Below are positions 48,151-64,000 of a stretch of DNA of 64,000 nucleotides, in pieces. A model generated the notes under the pieces. That model was not told where the DNA came from and did no database searches. It worked only from the letters and a program-made list of their open reading frames with translations. Origin of the DNA: the human T2T-CHM13v2.0 reference genome, Homo sapiens; NCBI RefSeq assembly GCF_009914755.1, contig NC_060930.1; one strand, given 5' to 3'. Every line of letters starts with the position of its first letter. The first letter of the stretch is position 1. The position numbers and the translations under genes were made by a program.

Positions 48151-51100
48151 CCAATTGAAAGACAGAAATATCTACTGCAAATATAAATAAAGACCAGTTC
48201 AATTCACTCTTAAATATAGCCTACATTATTTTGTTTTCCAAAAAAAAAAGTTTTATTATTGTTTTTCTTAAACAGGGCAAAAAATGTCCAGAAAATTTCT
48301 CAGGAGGTACAAACAACTACTGGAGGAATAAACAACCTTAAAAAAACCGTTGCCGAATAGTCATTAGCTTAAGGCCCTCAGCAGTAGGTAATTTCCAGGC
48401 AAGGTCTTTTCTATATCTCTAGAATTGAGGATAACAATATATTTCTAATAAAATTTTCCATCCTCATGTTTATGGAGAAAACACATTTTCTTATAAAATT
48501 TTGTCAAATGTCTTTAATCAAACATGTCTTCAATAAAGCATCATGCCTGAACTGAGTTGAGGATGCCAGTCAGCACTAATGACACTCTAGCATTTAATCC
48601 GTTTCATAAATCTCCACCACGGAGCCCTGGAGGTTGCAATCTAATTATATACTGAAAGTCATGGCAAGATTCCCTATGTCAAACTTTGATCTGCTTCTGT
48701 TCAGCTCCTTACATTTCTGAGGTCAAACTTCTGAATAAGTAAGTGGTTTCAACTAAGTGGTTTGATAAGACCAAAATACTTTAATGTTAATTTTCTGCTA
48801 TCAAGGGGAGTTAGATATATTCAGGCAAATGGTTGAGCTCAATTTTCACTTGGTTTCTGTAGAAGTCAGGCATTCTGTGGCAATACATACATACAGATAA
48901 GACTTCTCATCAATAGAACCAACTGGGAGCTGAAGGTTTATATGAACTTACTTTCATCTTTCAGCCTTACCTGATTCCCAACTATGGAATATTGGATGGA
49001 GACACTAAGTATCTGCAGAAAAATCTATTTTAGAATTGAACACCATATGGGGAAGAAGGAGAAGAAAAAAATTCTTCGAAGGGCGATGCAGCATTCTGTG
49101 GCATGGCTCACAGTGCTGTGAAAGAAGCACCATATGCCATACACCGACTGTTAACCATTTCATTAATTAACATATAACAAGAAAAAAGTCACCTGTGTCA
49201 CCCAATAATATGGATATGAAATTTACACAGTTCTCTATTTGTTAACCAATTAATTCCAATTCATACATGAAAGTAGGACTGATTAATTTATACCAGACCT
49301 ATGACTTTAACTTATCATACTTTTTATAGTGTATCTGATTTTTCTGACATTTTCAGAAATAAAAATATGAAAGCTCAAGTTTTCCCCAAAATGGCTCTCT
49401 CTTAACCAATGGTTAGAATTTGATGCATTCATTTCTTTTCAGTTGAGCTTTCTCAGGTTGGCGTATTTATTTTTTTCCCAGTGAACTGACTTTGGACCTA
49501 ATGTCTGGCTGTAAACTATTGGAAATACTCATCAATTTGGCCATCTGCTCCAGCAGGCATTATACATACTTGCATCTGACAGACCTTGTTGAGTATGCTC
49601 TGTTTCTATTTCCACATATCAGAGATGCATACAATTGTATTCTCTTAGTTTTTCTTTATTGCTAATTTTCCTTGCGGGGCTCACTGTAAAATGCCATAGA
49701 AGTCTCATGGGACAATATATAAAAAGCATATTGTAATTAAATTTGTCAGACTTCTTTGGCATCTAGCTAATGGATAGTAGTAATCTCTTTTCTTAGGCTT
49801 TAAATTCATTTTTACTTTAGCTTCTTTAATAATGCATATAATTTTATAAGCAAGTAGCCTTTCAGATAAAATCAAGTCAAATCTAAAATGTCTCTTCTAT
49901 TATATGCCATGGATATTTGGCCCATTCTTATTATTTCATTGTATGCCACATGCTGGGGCTTTAAATTTTGTTAAAATTGAGATTTATGGTGGACACTCAT
50001 GCTTTCCTTTACCTTTTTCCAGTAAAGATGTTTCCTGGCATGCAGCAGAATTTTAGAGCAAGAGAATAATTTCTGTGTTCTGTAATGGAAAGACTTGAAC
50101 TCATGCTGGTTAATCACTTTTATTTTGTCTCCAGTTGCTGTCTTTATCACAGATGATCTTAAATCATTTCTTTAGACCTCTTCAAGGTTGTTCATGTGGC
50201 CTCCTGTCTGAAATCTTTCTTTCTGTTTACAAAGTTGAGATGCTACTTTTTTCTGCAAAAGTTAAAATTATGGTTTTATTGACTGTGAGTCGAGGAAGTT
50301 TATATTTTCCTCTTTTTTTCCTGACAACAATTGATCAGAAAAGCACAAAATGATGTTCTACCTTTTCTTGTCTTGATTGTCCAAATGGGCAATTTCTATA
50401 ATCTTGGACTTTTGACTCTCTGTACTGTTAATTGTTTCAAAATGACTGTTGGGTAGCAGTTGCAACATAGGTCAATGCAGAACTATTTCTTAACCTTAAT
50501 TTAGCAATGTTGTGTTGAGTTTGGCAGTGGAATCAAAAGACATCCCTGGCCTCCCTGAGACAGTATGGTTTACAACTAGTTTGCTCTAGCAAAGGGAGAT
50601 AACATTTCAAGGAACTTGTAATAGAGCAAAGTTAAATGTGTGGAATTAGAAATGAGTATAGCATCACTACACTGTATAATGTTAAGCTGTATTACTGAAA
50701 AGAAACCAGCAGTCCAAAATTGCTTATCATTTTTCACATTTCTAAATTCTTTGTGCAACTCATTTACTGTGGCTTTTGCTATTTATGCTCATTCAGTTTT
50801 TAAGTGTCTGGAACTTGGAATGGGGCTGATGAGTCACATTAAACGTTCTCATACTATGGGATATCAAAGATGTACCAGCACACTTAATTGCACTCATTTA
50901 ACCATTAAGCCTCATTTCCAAGGGTGCTGCCAGTTGTCAGGTGCACTATATTACAGTCCCACATGGCATGTGACATCTTTGCTACTTGCTGCATCTGGTT
51001 AGAGGCCCCTAGTAAATGCTAGTATCTACACTAGTGAAAGAGTCCAGGTGTAGGACAATGACGCTTGAGTTAATGATGGTGAAGCATTAGAAAAATAGCC

Positions 51101-51769
51101 CTAGAGAATGCTTCACATCTGATGAGACAGGACAACAGTTTTTCATATTCAAATGAATACAATCATATTCTGTAGTGCATTAATCGGGTAGGTTTTTTAT
51201 TTATTTTCAGAAATGCAAGTTTAGTCATTTTTCAAAGATTATTTTAAAGTAATTGCTAAACAAAAAGAATTCTGTTCATTTCACAAATTTTTCAATGTAA
51301 GTATTTCTGATCAGATTTGGGGAGAGCCAGATTAATAAATTAGTGGACTTAAAAATCACTGGAGTTTTACTAGAATGGAGAGATTTCTCAATTCATACTC
51401 CCCATTTCTCACCAATGAGAAGATGCTTAAATATAACAAATGATCTATAAAAACTCACAGAAGTGACTTTTCACCATTTCTCAAATTACAATTGAATTAT
51501 AGTTTTAAAAAATATAGCAAATTAAAAAATGTATGTTAGAGTATTCAAAGATGTGACTATTTATTTACATCATTTTATCCCAATGAATCTGTCATCTAAA
51601 TACAGTCTATCTAAATTATTAAAGTATTTAATGAAAAGAAATGCATATGTATGGCAGACATTAAAAGACCATACAACTTCTAGTCCATGTTTCTTATTAC
51701 ATTTTCATGTGATAAAGTAGATAATGAGAAGAAACAAAGAACTTTATGTTGTATTGAGGGAAGACAAAG

Positions 51770-51940
51770 TAAATAAAAGGTTGTTGGCAGACAGCTGTTT
51801 TCCATCTTCATCAAGGAGCAAACAAGAAAAGGCTTAAGTTGCAATGAGAGGAATTAAAGCTAAATATAACACAACTGCAAGCATTGTAACATGCAAGAAC
51901 CAGCAATTGCAAGAAATATTGGAATTTTTTTCCCTGAAAA
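51770..51940 (+). mobile_element. CR1/L3-like 3' fragment
   Basis: gctgttttccatct...aacaagaaaaggcttaagttgca resembles the CR1 ORF2 end. Very diverged. Confidence 0.4.
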
Positions 51941-52443
51941 AATTTATCTTCTCCTACACCATCCCTTTATTGCTGTATTGTTAAATATCGATAGACTCTA
52001 TCTATATACTGGTATAACTTTTAACCAACTTTATGATGAAGTTGTTGGACACTGAATAATTTATTAACGTTCTAGGGAAGGATATGATGCCCTATAGAGA
52101 GATCTCTCTGGATTGCTGTGCCACCTTGTATCATGCATCAAGAAATGTGAGGTTTAGTGAAATTGTTTCCTACCCATAAAACGAAAATGATACTTTCAAG
52201 AAGCCTTAGAATCTGTACACAAAATTTATTGTCCTTTTTAATAATTATTAAAATTAATGTTTTAATTATGTAATTTTAAAGTGTTAGAATAATTAAAATT
52301 AAAATACTGTAATGATTTAAATAACCATTGCACTAGCATGCCAAAAATTACAGGTAGGTTGGGTTCAGGATTTATGTTTTGTCTATGTGTTTTTCAGTAC
52401 GAAGATAGGTTTCTCAAAATATTACTCTAAGTTGTTATAAAGT

Positions 52444-54779
52444 TGATATGGTTTGGCTGTGTCCCCACCCACATCTTATCTTGAATTGAAGTTCCCATAA
52501 TCCCCACATGTCATGGGAGGGACCTAGTGGGAGTGACTGAATCATGGGGGTGGTTACCCCCATGCTGTCCTCATGATAGTGAGTGAGTTCCCATGAGATC
52601 TGATGGTTTTATAAGAGGCAATTCCCCGTTTGGTCAGCACTTTTCTCTCCTGACACCTTATGAAGAAGGATGTGTTTGGTGCCCCTCTGCCACGATTGTA
52701 ACTTTCCTGAGGCCTTCCTAGCCATGTGGAACTGTGAGTCACTTAAACCTCTTTCCTTCATAAATTACCTTGTTTTAGGTATTTCTTCATAGCAGCATGA
52801 GAACGTACTAATACAGTAAATTGGTACCACAGAGAGTGGGATGCTGCTATAAAGATACCCAAAAATGTGGAAGTGACTTTGGAACTGGATAACAGACAGA
52901 GGTTGGAATAGTTTGGAGGGCTCAGGAGAAGACAGGAAAATGTGGAAAAATTTGGAACTTCCTAGAGACTTGGAGGGCTCAGAAGACAGGAAGATATGGA
53001 AAGGTTTGGAACTTCCTAGAGCCTTGATAAATGGCTTTGAACAAAATGAAGATAGTGATATGGAAAAGAAAGTCCTGGCTGAGGTGGTCTTAGATGGAGA
53101 TGAGGAACTTTTTGGGAACTGGAATAAAGGTCACTTTTGCTATGCAAGAAACTGATGTATTTTGGCCCTGCTCTAGAGATCTGTGGAAGTTTGAACTTGA
53201 GAGAAATGATTTAGGGTATTTGGCAGAAGAAATTTCTAAGCAGCAAAGCATTCAAGAGGAAGCAAAGCATACAAGTTTGAAAAATTTGCAGCCTGACAAT
53301 GAAATAGAAAAGAAAAACCCAGTTTCTCAGAGAAATTCAAGCCTGCTGCAGATACTTGCATAAGTAACAAAGAGCAAATGTTCATCACCAAGACAATGGG
53401 GAAAATGTCTCCAGAGCATGTTGGAGACGTTCATGGCAGCCCCTCCCATCATAGGCCTGGAGACCTGGAAGGGAAACATGGTTTCATGGATGGGCCCAGG
53501 TTCCCCCTGCTTTGTGCATCCTTGAGACATGATACCCTGTGCCCCAGCTGCTTCAGCTCCAGCCATGACTGAAAGGGACACACATACAGCTCAGGCCACT
53601 GTTTCAGATGGGGTAAGCCCCAAGGCTTGGCAGCTTCCATGTTGTGTTGGGCATATAGGTGCATAGAAGTCAAGAATTGAAGTTTGGGGACCTCCTCCTA
53701 GATTTCAGATGGTGTACGGAAAACTCCTAGATGTCCAGGCAGAAGTCTGCTGCAGGGGTGGAGCCCTCATGGAGAAACTCTGCTAGGACAGTGAAGAAGG
53801 GAAACATGGGGTTGGAGACCCCACACAGAGTTCCCACTGTGGCACTGCCTAGGGGAGCTGTGAGAAGAGGACCACCATCCTCCAGACCCAAGAATGATAG
53901 ATCCACTGACAGCTTGCAATATATGCCTGGAAAAGCCACAGACACTCAATGCCAGCCTGTGAAGGCAGCCAGAAGGGGGGCTGTACCCTGCAAAGCCACA
54001 GAGGAGGTGCTGCCCAAGGCTGTGGGAGCCCACCTCTTGCATCAGCATGACCTGGATGTGAGACATGGAGTCAAAGGAGAACATTTTGGAACTTTAATGT
54101 TTAATGACTGCCCTATTGGATTTCAGACTTGCATGGGGCCCATGGCACCTTTGTTTTGGCCAATTTCTCCTATTTGGAATGCGTGTATTTCCCCAATGCC
54201 TGTGTCCTCATTGTATCTAAGAAGTAGCTAACTTGATTTTGATTTTACAGGCTGAAGGGACTAGGCACAAGGGACTTACCTTGCCTCACATGAGACTTTG
54301 GACTTTGGCTTTTTGGTTAATGCTGGAATGAGCTAAGACATAGGGAGACGTTGGAAAGGCATGATTGTGTTTTGAAATGTGAGGACGTGAGATTTGGTAG
54401 GGGCCATGGGTGGAATGATATGGTTTGGCTCTGTGTCCCTATCCAAATCTCATCTTGAATTGTATTTACCATTATCCCCATGTACCATTAGAGGTACCTG
54501 GTGGGAGCTGAGTGAGTCATGACCCATGCTGTTCTTGTGATAGTAAGCAAGTTCTTATGAAATCTGATGGTTTTATAAGGGACTTTTCATCCTTTTCTTG
54601 GCACTTCTCTCTCCTGCAGCCATGTGAAGAAGAACATGTTGCTTCCCTTTCTGCCATGATTGTAAGTTTCTGGAGGCCTTCCCAGCCATGTGCAACTGTG
54701 AGTCAATTAAACCTCTTCCCTTTATAAATTACCCAGGGTCAGGTATTTCTTTGTAGCAGCATGAGAATGTGCTAATACA
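52444..54779 (+). mobile_element. Full-length THE1C/D provirus (LTR 52444-52815, internal region, LTR 54416-54779)
   Basis: Two TG...CA LTRs. Internal region begins gtaaattggtacc. 5-bp TSD aaagt/aatgt. ORF 53731-54231 is a remnant of the MaLR internal ORF. Confidence 0.96.
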
Positions 54780-57700
54780 AATGTTTATGCCTTTTTTGAA
54801 GTTTTAATGTTCTTAGTTGCATTAAAAAGTAATCCATAATTCACAATGACTTGTTCTCTCTTCTTTATTCTACTCTTCTTGCTAATTTCCCTTATTTCAA
54901 ATTCAACAAATACCAATAATATATTTTGTCTGAGTTATTAACTCTACTAGGTTTTGATAGTATAGGGGATATAAAAGTAAATTATAACCTGCAAAAGTTT
55001 ATGATCAAGTGGAGGAAACAGGAAAATAAAAATTGGAATGCAATAAGATAAATGGCATGAAATTCAGAAATATAAAATGTCCTAGATTATGCAAAATAAG
55101 TAAGTAGCACAGACTAGCCATGTCTTTGAAGTTTCTAGAGAACATCATTCTCTGACTTGAACTTCTAACTAGAAACTATATTGTGAGCATGGATTTGAGA
55201 AACAAGAAAGCATTCTTTTTTTGACTAGTTTAGAAGCTGCCCTGGTTCATTTTCCCTAGCTCCAAGTGCCAGCAGAACAGTGGCTACGAAAGAATTGAAG
55301 ACTTAGAAGTGAGATTCATAGGCTTCTTAGGAAAAACTCATTATGAGAACTCCGACTTTTTGCTCTATAAAACTCCAGTAGCACTCATTATTATTGTGGC
55401 ACAAATATGGAATTATTTTCTTTTAAACTTTTTTTATTATACAAGCAATGTACATTCACTATAAAAATAACATTTTAGCTATCAGATAAGTCAAAGAAGG
55501 AAATAAAAGCCCAAATTTTTACCATCCTGTAGCACACCTTAATTTAAATACAAGAATCATTTCATTTGTTTCCCTGAGTCCCTGTAGATTTGTCTTGATG
55601 ATTTTGACCAGAGTTTCATTTGTCCTTGGGCCACTGCTAGACAGAAAGTTTTTCATAGACTCTCTCTATCGTGTTGTACCTGAGGAAAGCACATAATCCT
55701 CATGAGGCTTTCTAAGAGATTTTGCTGCTAGCAACAGTGGGCAAGAGCAATATTAAATGCAAAGGGAGAGTTTAAAAGTGGCAAAATATCTAGTTTTCCA
55801 AAAGTGGTTTCTGCTATTTTAACTAGCTGTATGAATTTGAGTATACTATTCATTCAAAAAATTTTTAAAGGATTCTACCAGATAACAGAAAAGTGTTTCC
55901 AAACTCATAATTCTACTCATTGGAAAATTAATAAATTAGTTAACAAATGTTGTTTATTTAAAAAAACAAAACCTGTATTGATTTCTTACCTGGCACCTCT
56001 GAGGAGCTTTTATTGCCAAGATAATAGTGCCCTTTCTCTTAATCTTCTCCAGGATGTACAAAACAGGCGATATTTTTCATTTCATTTGTTGAAAAGTTTA
56101 TGTGATTTCTATAGCTAGCTGAATGAATACCTGTTTTGGCCTTTTGTCTGTCTATGTATTCCAACTCAAGGATTTTTTTTTTTTCTGTAGAAAGAGAAAA
56201 CCCCGTTCTTTTGTTACTCATGAATGAACATTTTTATTTCTGAAAGCCATTAAATACGCTTTAAGTTTCAAGAAAGGGGCTCTTTCCTAGTCCCTGACAC
56301 CTTTCTTCTTTCACTTATAGCCTCTTAGGGGAGAAAAAAAGCGAAGTGAGACAACATCCTGCAAAAGCACTAATGCTATGTCATTAACTACGAAAATGAC
56401 CAAAGTCAGTGAAAGAAAAAGACTGGGAAATAATGCCCAACTTCTAGTATCAGGAACAAAAAGGAACATGTCCACAGTCACAGTAAATCATTTGTAAATA
56501 AAATAGGGCATGCGAACGGTGTGAATTGCCTATTATTTGCAACCGTATGCCATTTAGAAGTCCCTTATTCAAGAACTGTGCAATAAAAATAACAAATTGA
56601 TCACAAAGAAAAGATGATATTTCATAGGTTTCATAAACTTTTTGTTCTATTTTGAAATGCTAGAAGGATAAAACAATTTATAGATAAGGAATCTGTGCCC
56701 TACTTTCAGAGACTTTCTCCCGTTTTTGAGGAATGTGCTTGTCTTACAGATAGATGATGTAGGTCTTCTGCCTCTCACTGGCAGAAGCTTATATTCTATT
56801 AGTAAAATCAATAACTTCTAGAAATGGAGACCACCAAAATATTTCTTGACTAAAATATTTTTACTACTGGCTTGCCTAAAATATCAACCTAAACACTATG
56901 TTGTCATAATTATTTTGTTATAAGTAAAAGGTCAACATAATTTATTAAAATGATCAAGTCTTAGTTTTACCATTTACTTCTTCTGAGTTTGTGGAAAAGT
57001 TACTTGGAGGGTTGTTTTCTTTATTGTAAAGTAGAAATAAAAATTACTTATCTTAGATTATTTAAAATATTACATTTAATACAAGTAAAATCCTCATTAC
57101 AGCATCTAGAGTCTGTCAATTAGTATTGTACATAATTACTTATCTATTTTCCTGTATGTCACATTGTTTCCATGTCAAAATGCAAAAGTTAATTGCATGC
57201 TATTTGATCTATTTATTTCTTATCATAAATTTTTCTGTAAAATTACTTATCTAAAGATCTTTACTCTTGAAGTCTTGAAAGTATAGGATGCATACATGTT
57301 AACTCTTGAGAATGATGCTAGAAATATTGAGGAAAAGCATCTGCCATGATATACTGATTGGGTTATATTCACAAGCAGAGAAACATTGAGGTGCTGATTC
57401 CAGGATATAGTGTTGAGTGACTACAATAGTGATGAAAACACCTTCTATGGGAAAAAAGAACTAATGCAATAACTTTCATCCTTGTGAACAAGAAATGAAT
57501 CTGTTTCTATAGCACTGATGGAAGAAGAAAAAGTGACTGGGACTACCCTGAAAATTGCAATAAACAAATTACTGGTTATGATATGGTAAGAATTCAATGA
57601 AATGAATCTTATGTATCTCGAAGTTAAATCATGAGTGTTTTAACCGAATGAACTTTGCCAAGCTTGTTTGTGAATGCACATTTATAGAAAGGCACATGTG

Positions 57701-59320
57701 CTTCTGTCTGTTCTTAATATGTTTTATTTAAGATCACAAATGAGAATATCTTAGCATTCTATCGAGATTTATTTTATTCATCATCTCCATACAAACACTG
57801 AAAAGAATATCTTAGATAGATTAAATAGGTAATATATATAGATAGAAAGATAGATAGATCACATAAATATGTATTCTCTACTTTCCACAAAGGAAAATAA
57901 TAGTGATAATTATCACTAAGGCATCAAAAGTCACATTGGACAGGGATACCAAAGGATGTTGGGTACTGATACCTAGGATTTTATTAACAAGGAGCTACCG
58001 AGTTCCTTTAGAGTGCAAAAAGACAGGCTGGGCATTTTCAAGATATTAAAATATTTTAAACAAAACATCTAGACTCGAAAGGAAACAAGATATTGTTAAC
58101 ATAATGAAGATAATATCTGTAAAGCCTCCCAGTGTATTTTTTTGGTTTGCTTACTTTGGTTGTTTTGTTTCTTTCCCTTTTTCTGTACCATCCAAACGTT
58201 AAAACTTGACCATGGTTTTGCAGCAAGACATCAAGCTTTTCAAAGGATGACACTGTCTGCAAAACTAAAGCCCATATATAGAGAGGGAAAAGGGTATAAG
58301 TATAATGGTTGAGTAGGAATCTTTCCAGACAGACACGGAAAGCAAAAACACTTTATATTAGACCACTTTTACTCTGCTGATAAAGATATACCACTGACTG
58401 GGCAATTTACAAAAAAGAGGTTTAATGGACTTACAGTTCCACATGGTGAGGAGGCCTTATGATCATGGCAGAAGACAAGGATGAGCAAGTCATATGTTAC
58501 ATGGATGACAGCAGGCAGAGAAAGATATTGTGCAGGGAATCTCCCCTTTTCAAAACCACAAGATCTCATGAGACTTACTCACTATCATGAGAACAGCACG
58601 GGAAATCCCTGCCCCCATGATTCAATTACCTCCCAACAGGTCACTCCCACAACAGGTGGGAATTCAAGATGAGATTTGGATGAGGACACAGCCAAACCGT
58701 ATCATTCCACCCCAGGCCCCTCCCAAATCTCATATCATCACATTTCAAAACCAATCATGCCTTCTCAACAGTTCCCCAAAGTCTTAACACATTTCAGCAT
58801 TAACTCAACAGTCCACAGTCCAAACCCTGAAGTCTCACCCGAGACAAGGCAAGTCCCTTCCACCTATGAGCCTGTAAAATCAATAACAAGTTAGTTACTT
58901 CCTAGATACAATGAGGGTACAGGCATTGGGTAAATACAGCCATTCCAAATGGGAGAAATTGGCCAAAACAAAGGGGTTACAGCCCCCATGGAAGTCCCGA
59001 AATCCAGCAGGGGAGTCAAATCTTGAAACTTCAAAATGATTTCCTTTGGCTCCATGTCTCACATCCAGGTCATGCTGATGCAAGAGGTGGGTTCCCATGG
59101 TCTTGGGCAGGTCTGCCTCTGTGGCTTTGCAGGGTACCACCTCCCTCCCAGCTGCTTTCATGGGCTCTCTGGGAGCTCTGACCCCACATTTCTCTTCAAC
59201 ATTGCCCTAGCAGATGTTTTCCATGAAAGCCCAACCGCTGTAGCAACCTTCTGCCTGGGCATCCAGGAATTTCCATACATCCTCTGAAATCTAGGTGGAG
59301 GTTCCCAAACCTCAATTCTT

Positions 59321-62437
<3,117 letters not shown>

Positions 62438-63739
62438 CCTCAATTCTTGATTTCTGTGTACCTGTAGGCTCAACACCACATGGAAGCTACCAAGGCTTGG
62501 AGTTTCCACCCTCTGAAGCAACAGCTCGAGCTGTACCTTGGCCCTTTTTAGTCATGGCTGGAGTGACTAGGATGCAGGACACTAAGTCCCTAGACTGCAC
62601 ACAGCAGAGGGACCCCAGGATCAGACCAGGGAACCATTTTTCCTGCTAAGCCTCTGGATGTATGATGGAAGGGGCTGAAGCAAAGGCCTCTGACATACCC
62701 TGGAAACATTTTCCCCATTGTTGTGGTGATTAACATTCAGCTCGTCATTACTTACACAAATTTCTGGAGCCAGCTTGAATTTCTCCTAAGAAAATGGGAT
62801 TTTCTTTTCTATTACAAGGTTAGTCTGCAAATTTTCCAAACTTTTAGGCTCAATTTCCCTTGTAAAACTAAATGCCTTTAACAGCACCCGAGTCAGATTT
62901 TGAATACATTTTGCTGATTAGAAATTTCTTCCACCAGATATTCTAAATCATCTCTATGAAGTTCAAAGTTCCACAGATCTCTAGGGCGGGGGCAAAATGC
63001 TGCTAGTCTCTTTGCTAAAACATAACAACAGTCAACTTTGTTCCATTTCCCAACAAGTTCCTAATCTCCATCTGAGACCACCTCAGCCTGGATTTCATTG
63101 TCCATGCCATTATCAAAGTCATTCAACAAGTCTCTAGGGACTTCCAAACTTTCCCACATTTTCCTGTTGTCTTCTGAGCTCTCCAAACTATTCCAACCTC
63201 TGCCTGTTACCCAGTTCCATTGTTGCTTCCACATTTTTGAGTATCTTTTCAGCTCCTCTACTGGTACCAATTTACTGAATTAGTCCATTTTCATGCTGCG
63301 ATAAAGACATACTTGAGACTGGGAAATTTACAAAAGAAAGAGATTTAATGAACTTACAGTTCCGTGTCATTGGGGAGGCCTCACAATCATGGCAGAAGGC
63401 AAGGAGGATCAGGTCACATTTTACATAGATCACAGCAGGCAAAGAGAGAGCTTGTGCAGGGAAACCCCTTTTTAAAACCACCAGATCTCATGAAACTTAT
63501 TCACTATAATGAGAACAGCACCGGAAAGACCTGCCCCCATGATTCAATTACCTCTCATAGGGTCCTTCCCACAACATGTGGGAATTCAAGATGAGATTTG
63601 GGTGGGGACACAGACAAATCCTATCATACTTTAAATGATGGAAAAAAAGAGCCTGATGCAAGATCGCAAGCTCTTTATTACTCATTGATCTTGGGGCTTA
63701 ACCTAAGAATGAAGAAAAAGATGCAATAAACTAAGTTAA

Positions 63740-64000
63740 GTCTCTCCAAAATTTATGTGTTGACGTCTTAACTCCCAGTGTGAAGGTATTTGAATACAGG
63801 GCACTTGTGAGATAATTAGAGTTACATTAGGTAATAAGGGTAGGGCCCTTGTGATAGAATTAGTGGCCTTATAAGAAAAGGAAGATAGTTCTCTTTCTTC
63901 TCTTTCTCATCCTCTGTCTTTCTCATTCACCCACTAGACTTTGCCAAGTGTACACAGTGAAGAAAGCCCATGTAAGGACATAGTGAGAAAACAGCTACCC
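63740..64000 (+). mobile_element. MLT1A-like MaLR LTR, runs off the window end
   Basis: ccaaaatttatgtgttga...gaattagtggccttataaga...ccatgtaaggacatagtgagaa. Confidence 0.75.

Noticed and set aside
53731-54231. 166-aa ORF as a novel protein
   Set aside because: It lies wholly in the THE1 internal region and is a remnant of the known MaLR internal ORF.

Overview
This is primate genomic DNA, most likely human or ape given AluY, L1PA3-7 and THE1 elements. It is AT-rich, rich in transposon remnants, and I recognise no protein-coding exon, RNA gene or CRISPR array. The longer ORFs in the track are decayed L1 ORF2, Alu, or THE1/LTR reading frames. I do not see a new biological system. The best-supported unusual signals are genome-evolution events that can be read directly from the sequence. 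(1) A 278-bp tract is 276/278 identical between two otherwise clearly diverged, inverted L1 copies about 16 kb apart, and both carry the same GG frameshift insertion; this points to non-allelic gene conversion. (2) Three L1PA insertions all show twin-priming 5' inversions with readable TSDs. (3) A THE1 solo LTR is truncated at an internal CA and flanked by a 36-bp duplication rather than a 5-bp TSD. (4) There is a probable L1 3' transduction of a Tigger1 fragment. (5) A THE1A provirus has intact DUX4-type motifs and splice donors pointing at a candidate non-coding exon. Subfamily names come from remembered consensus motifs and need Dfam/RepeatMasker confirmation. Boundaries of old repeats are approximate.
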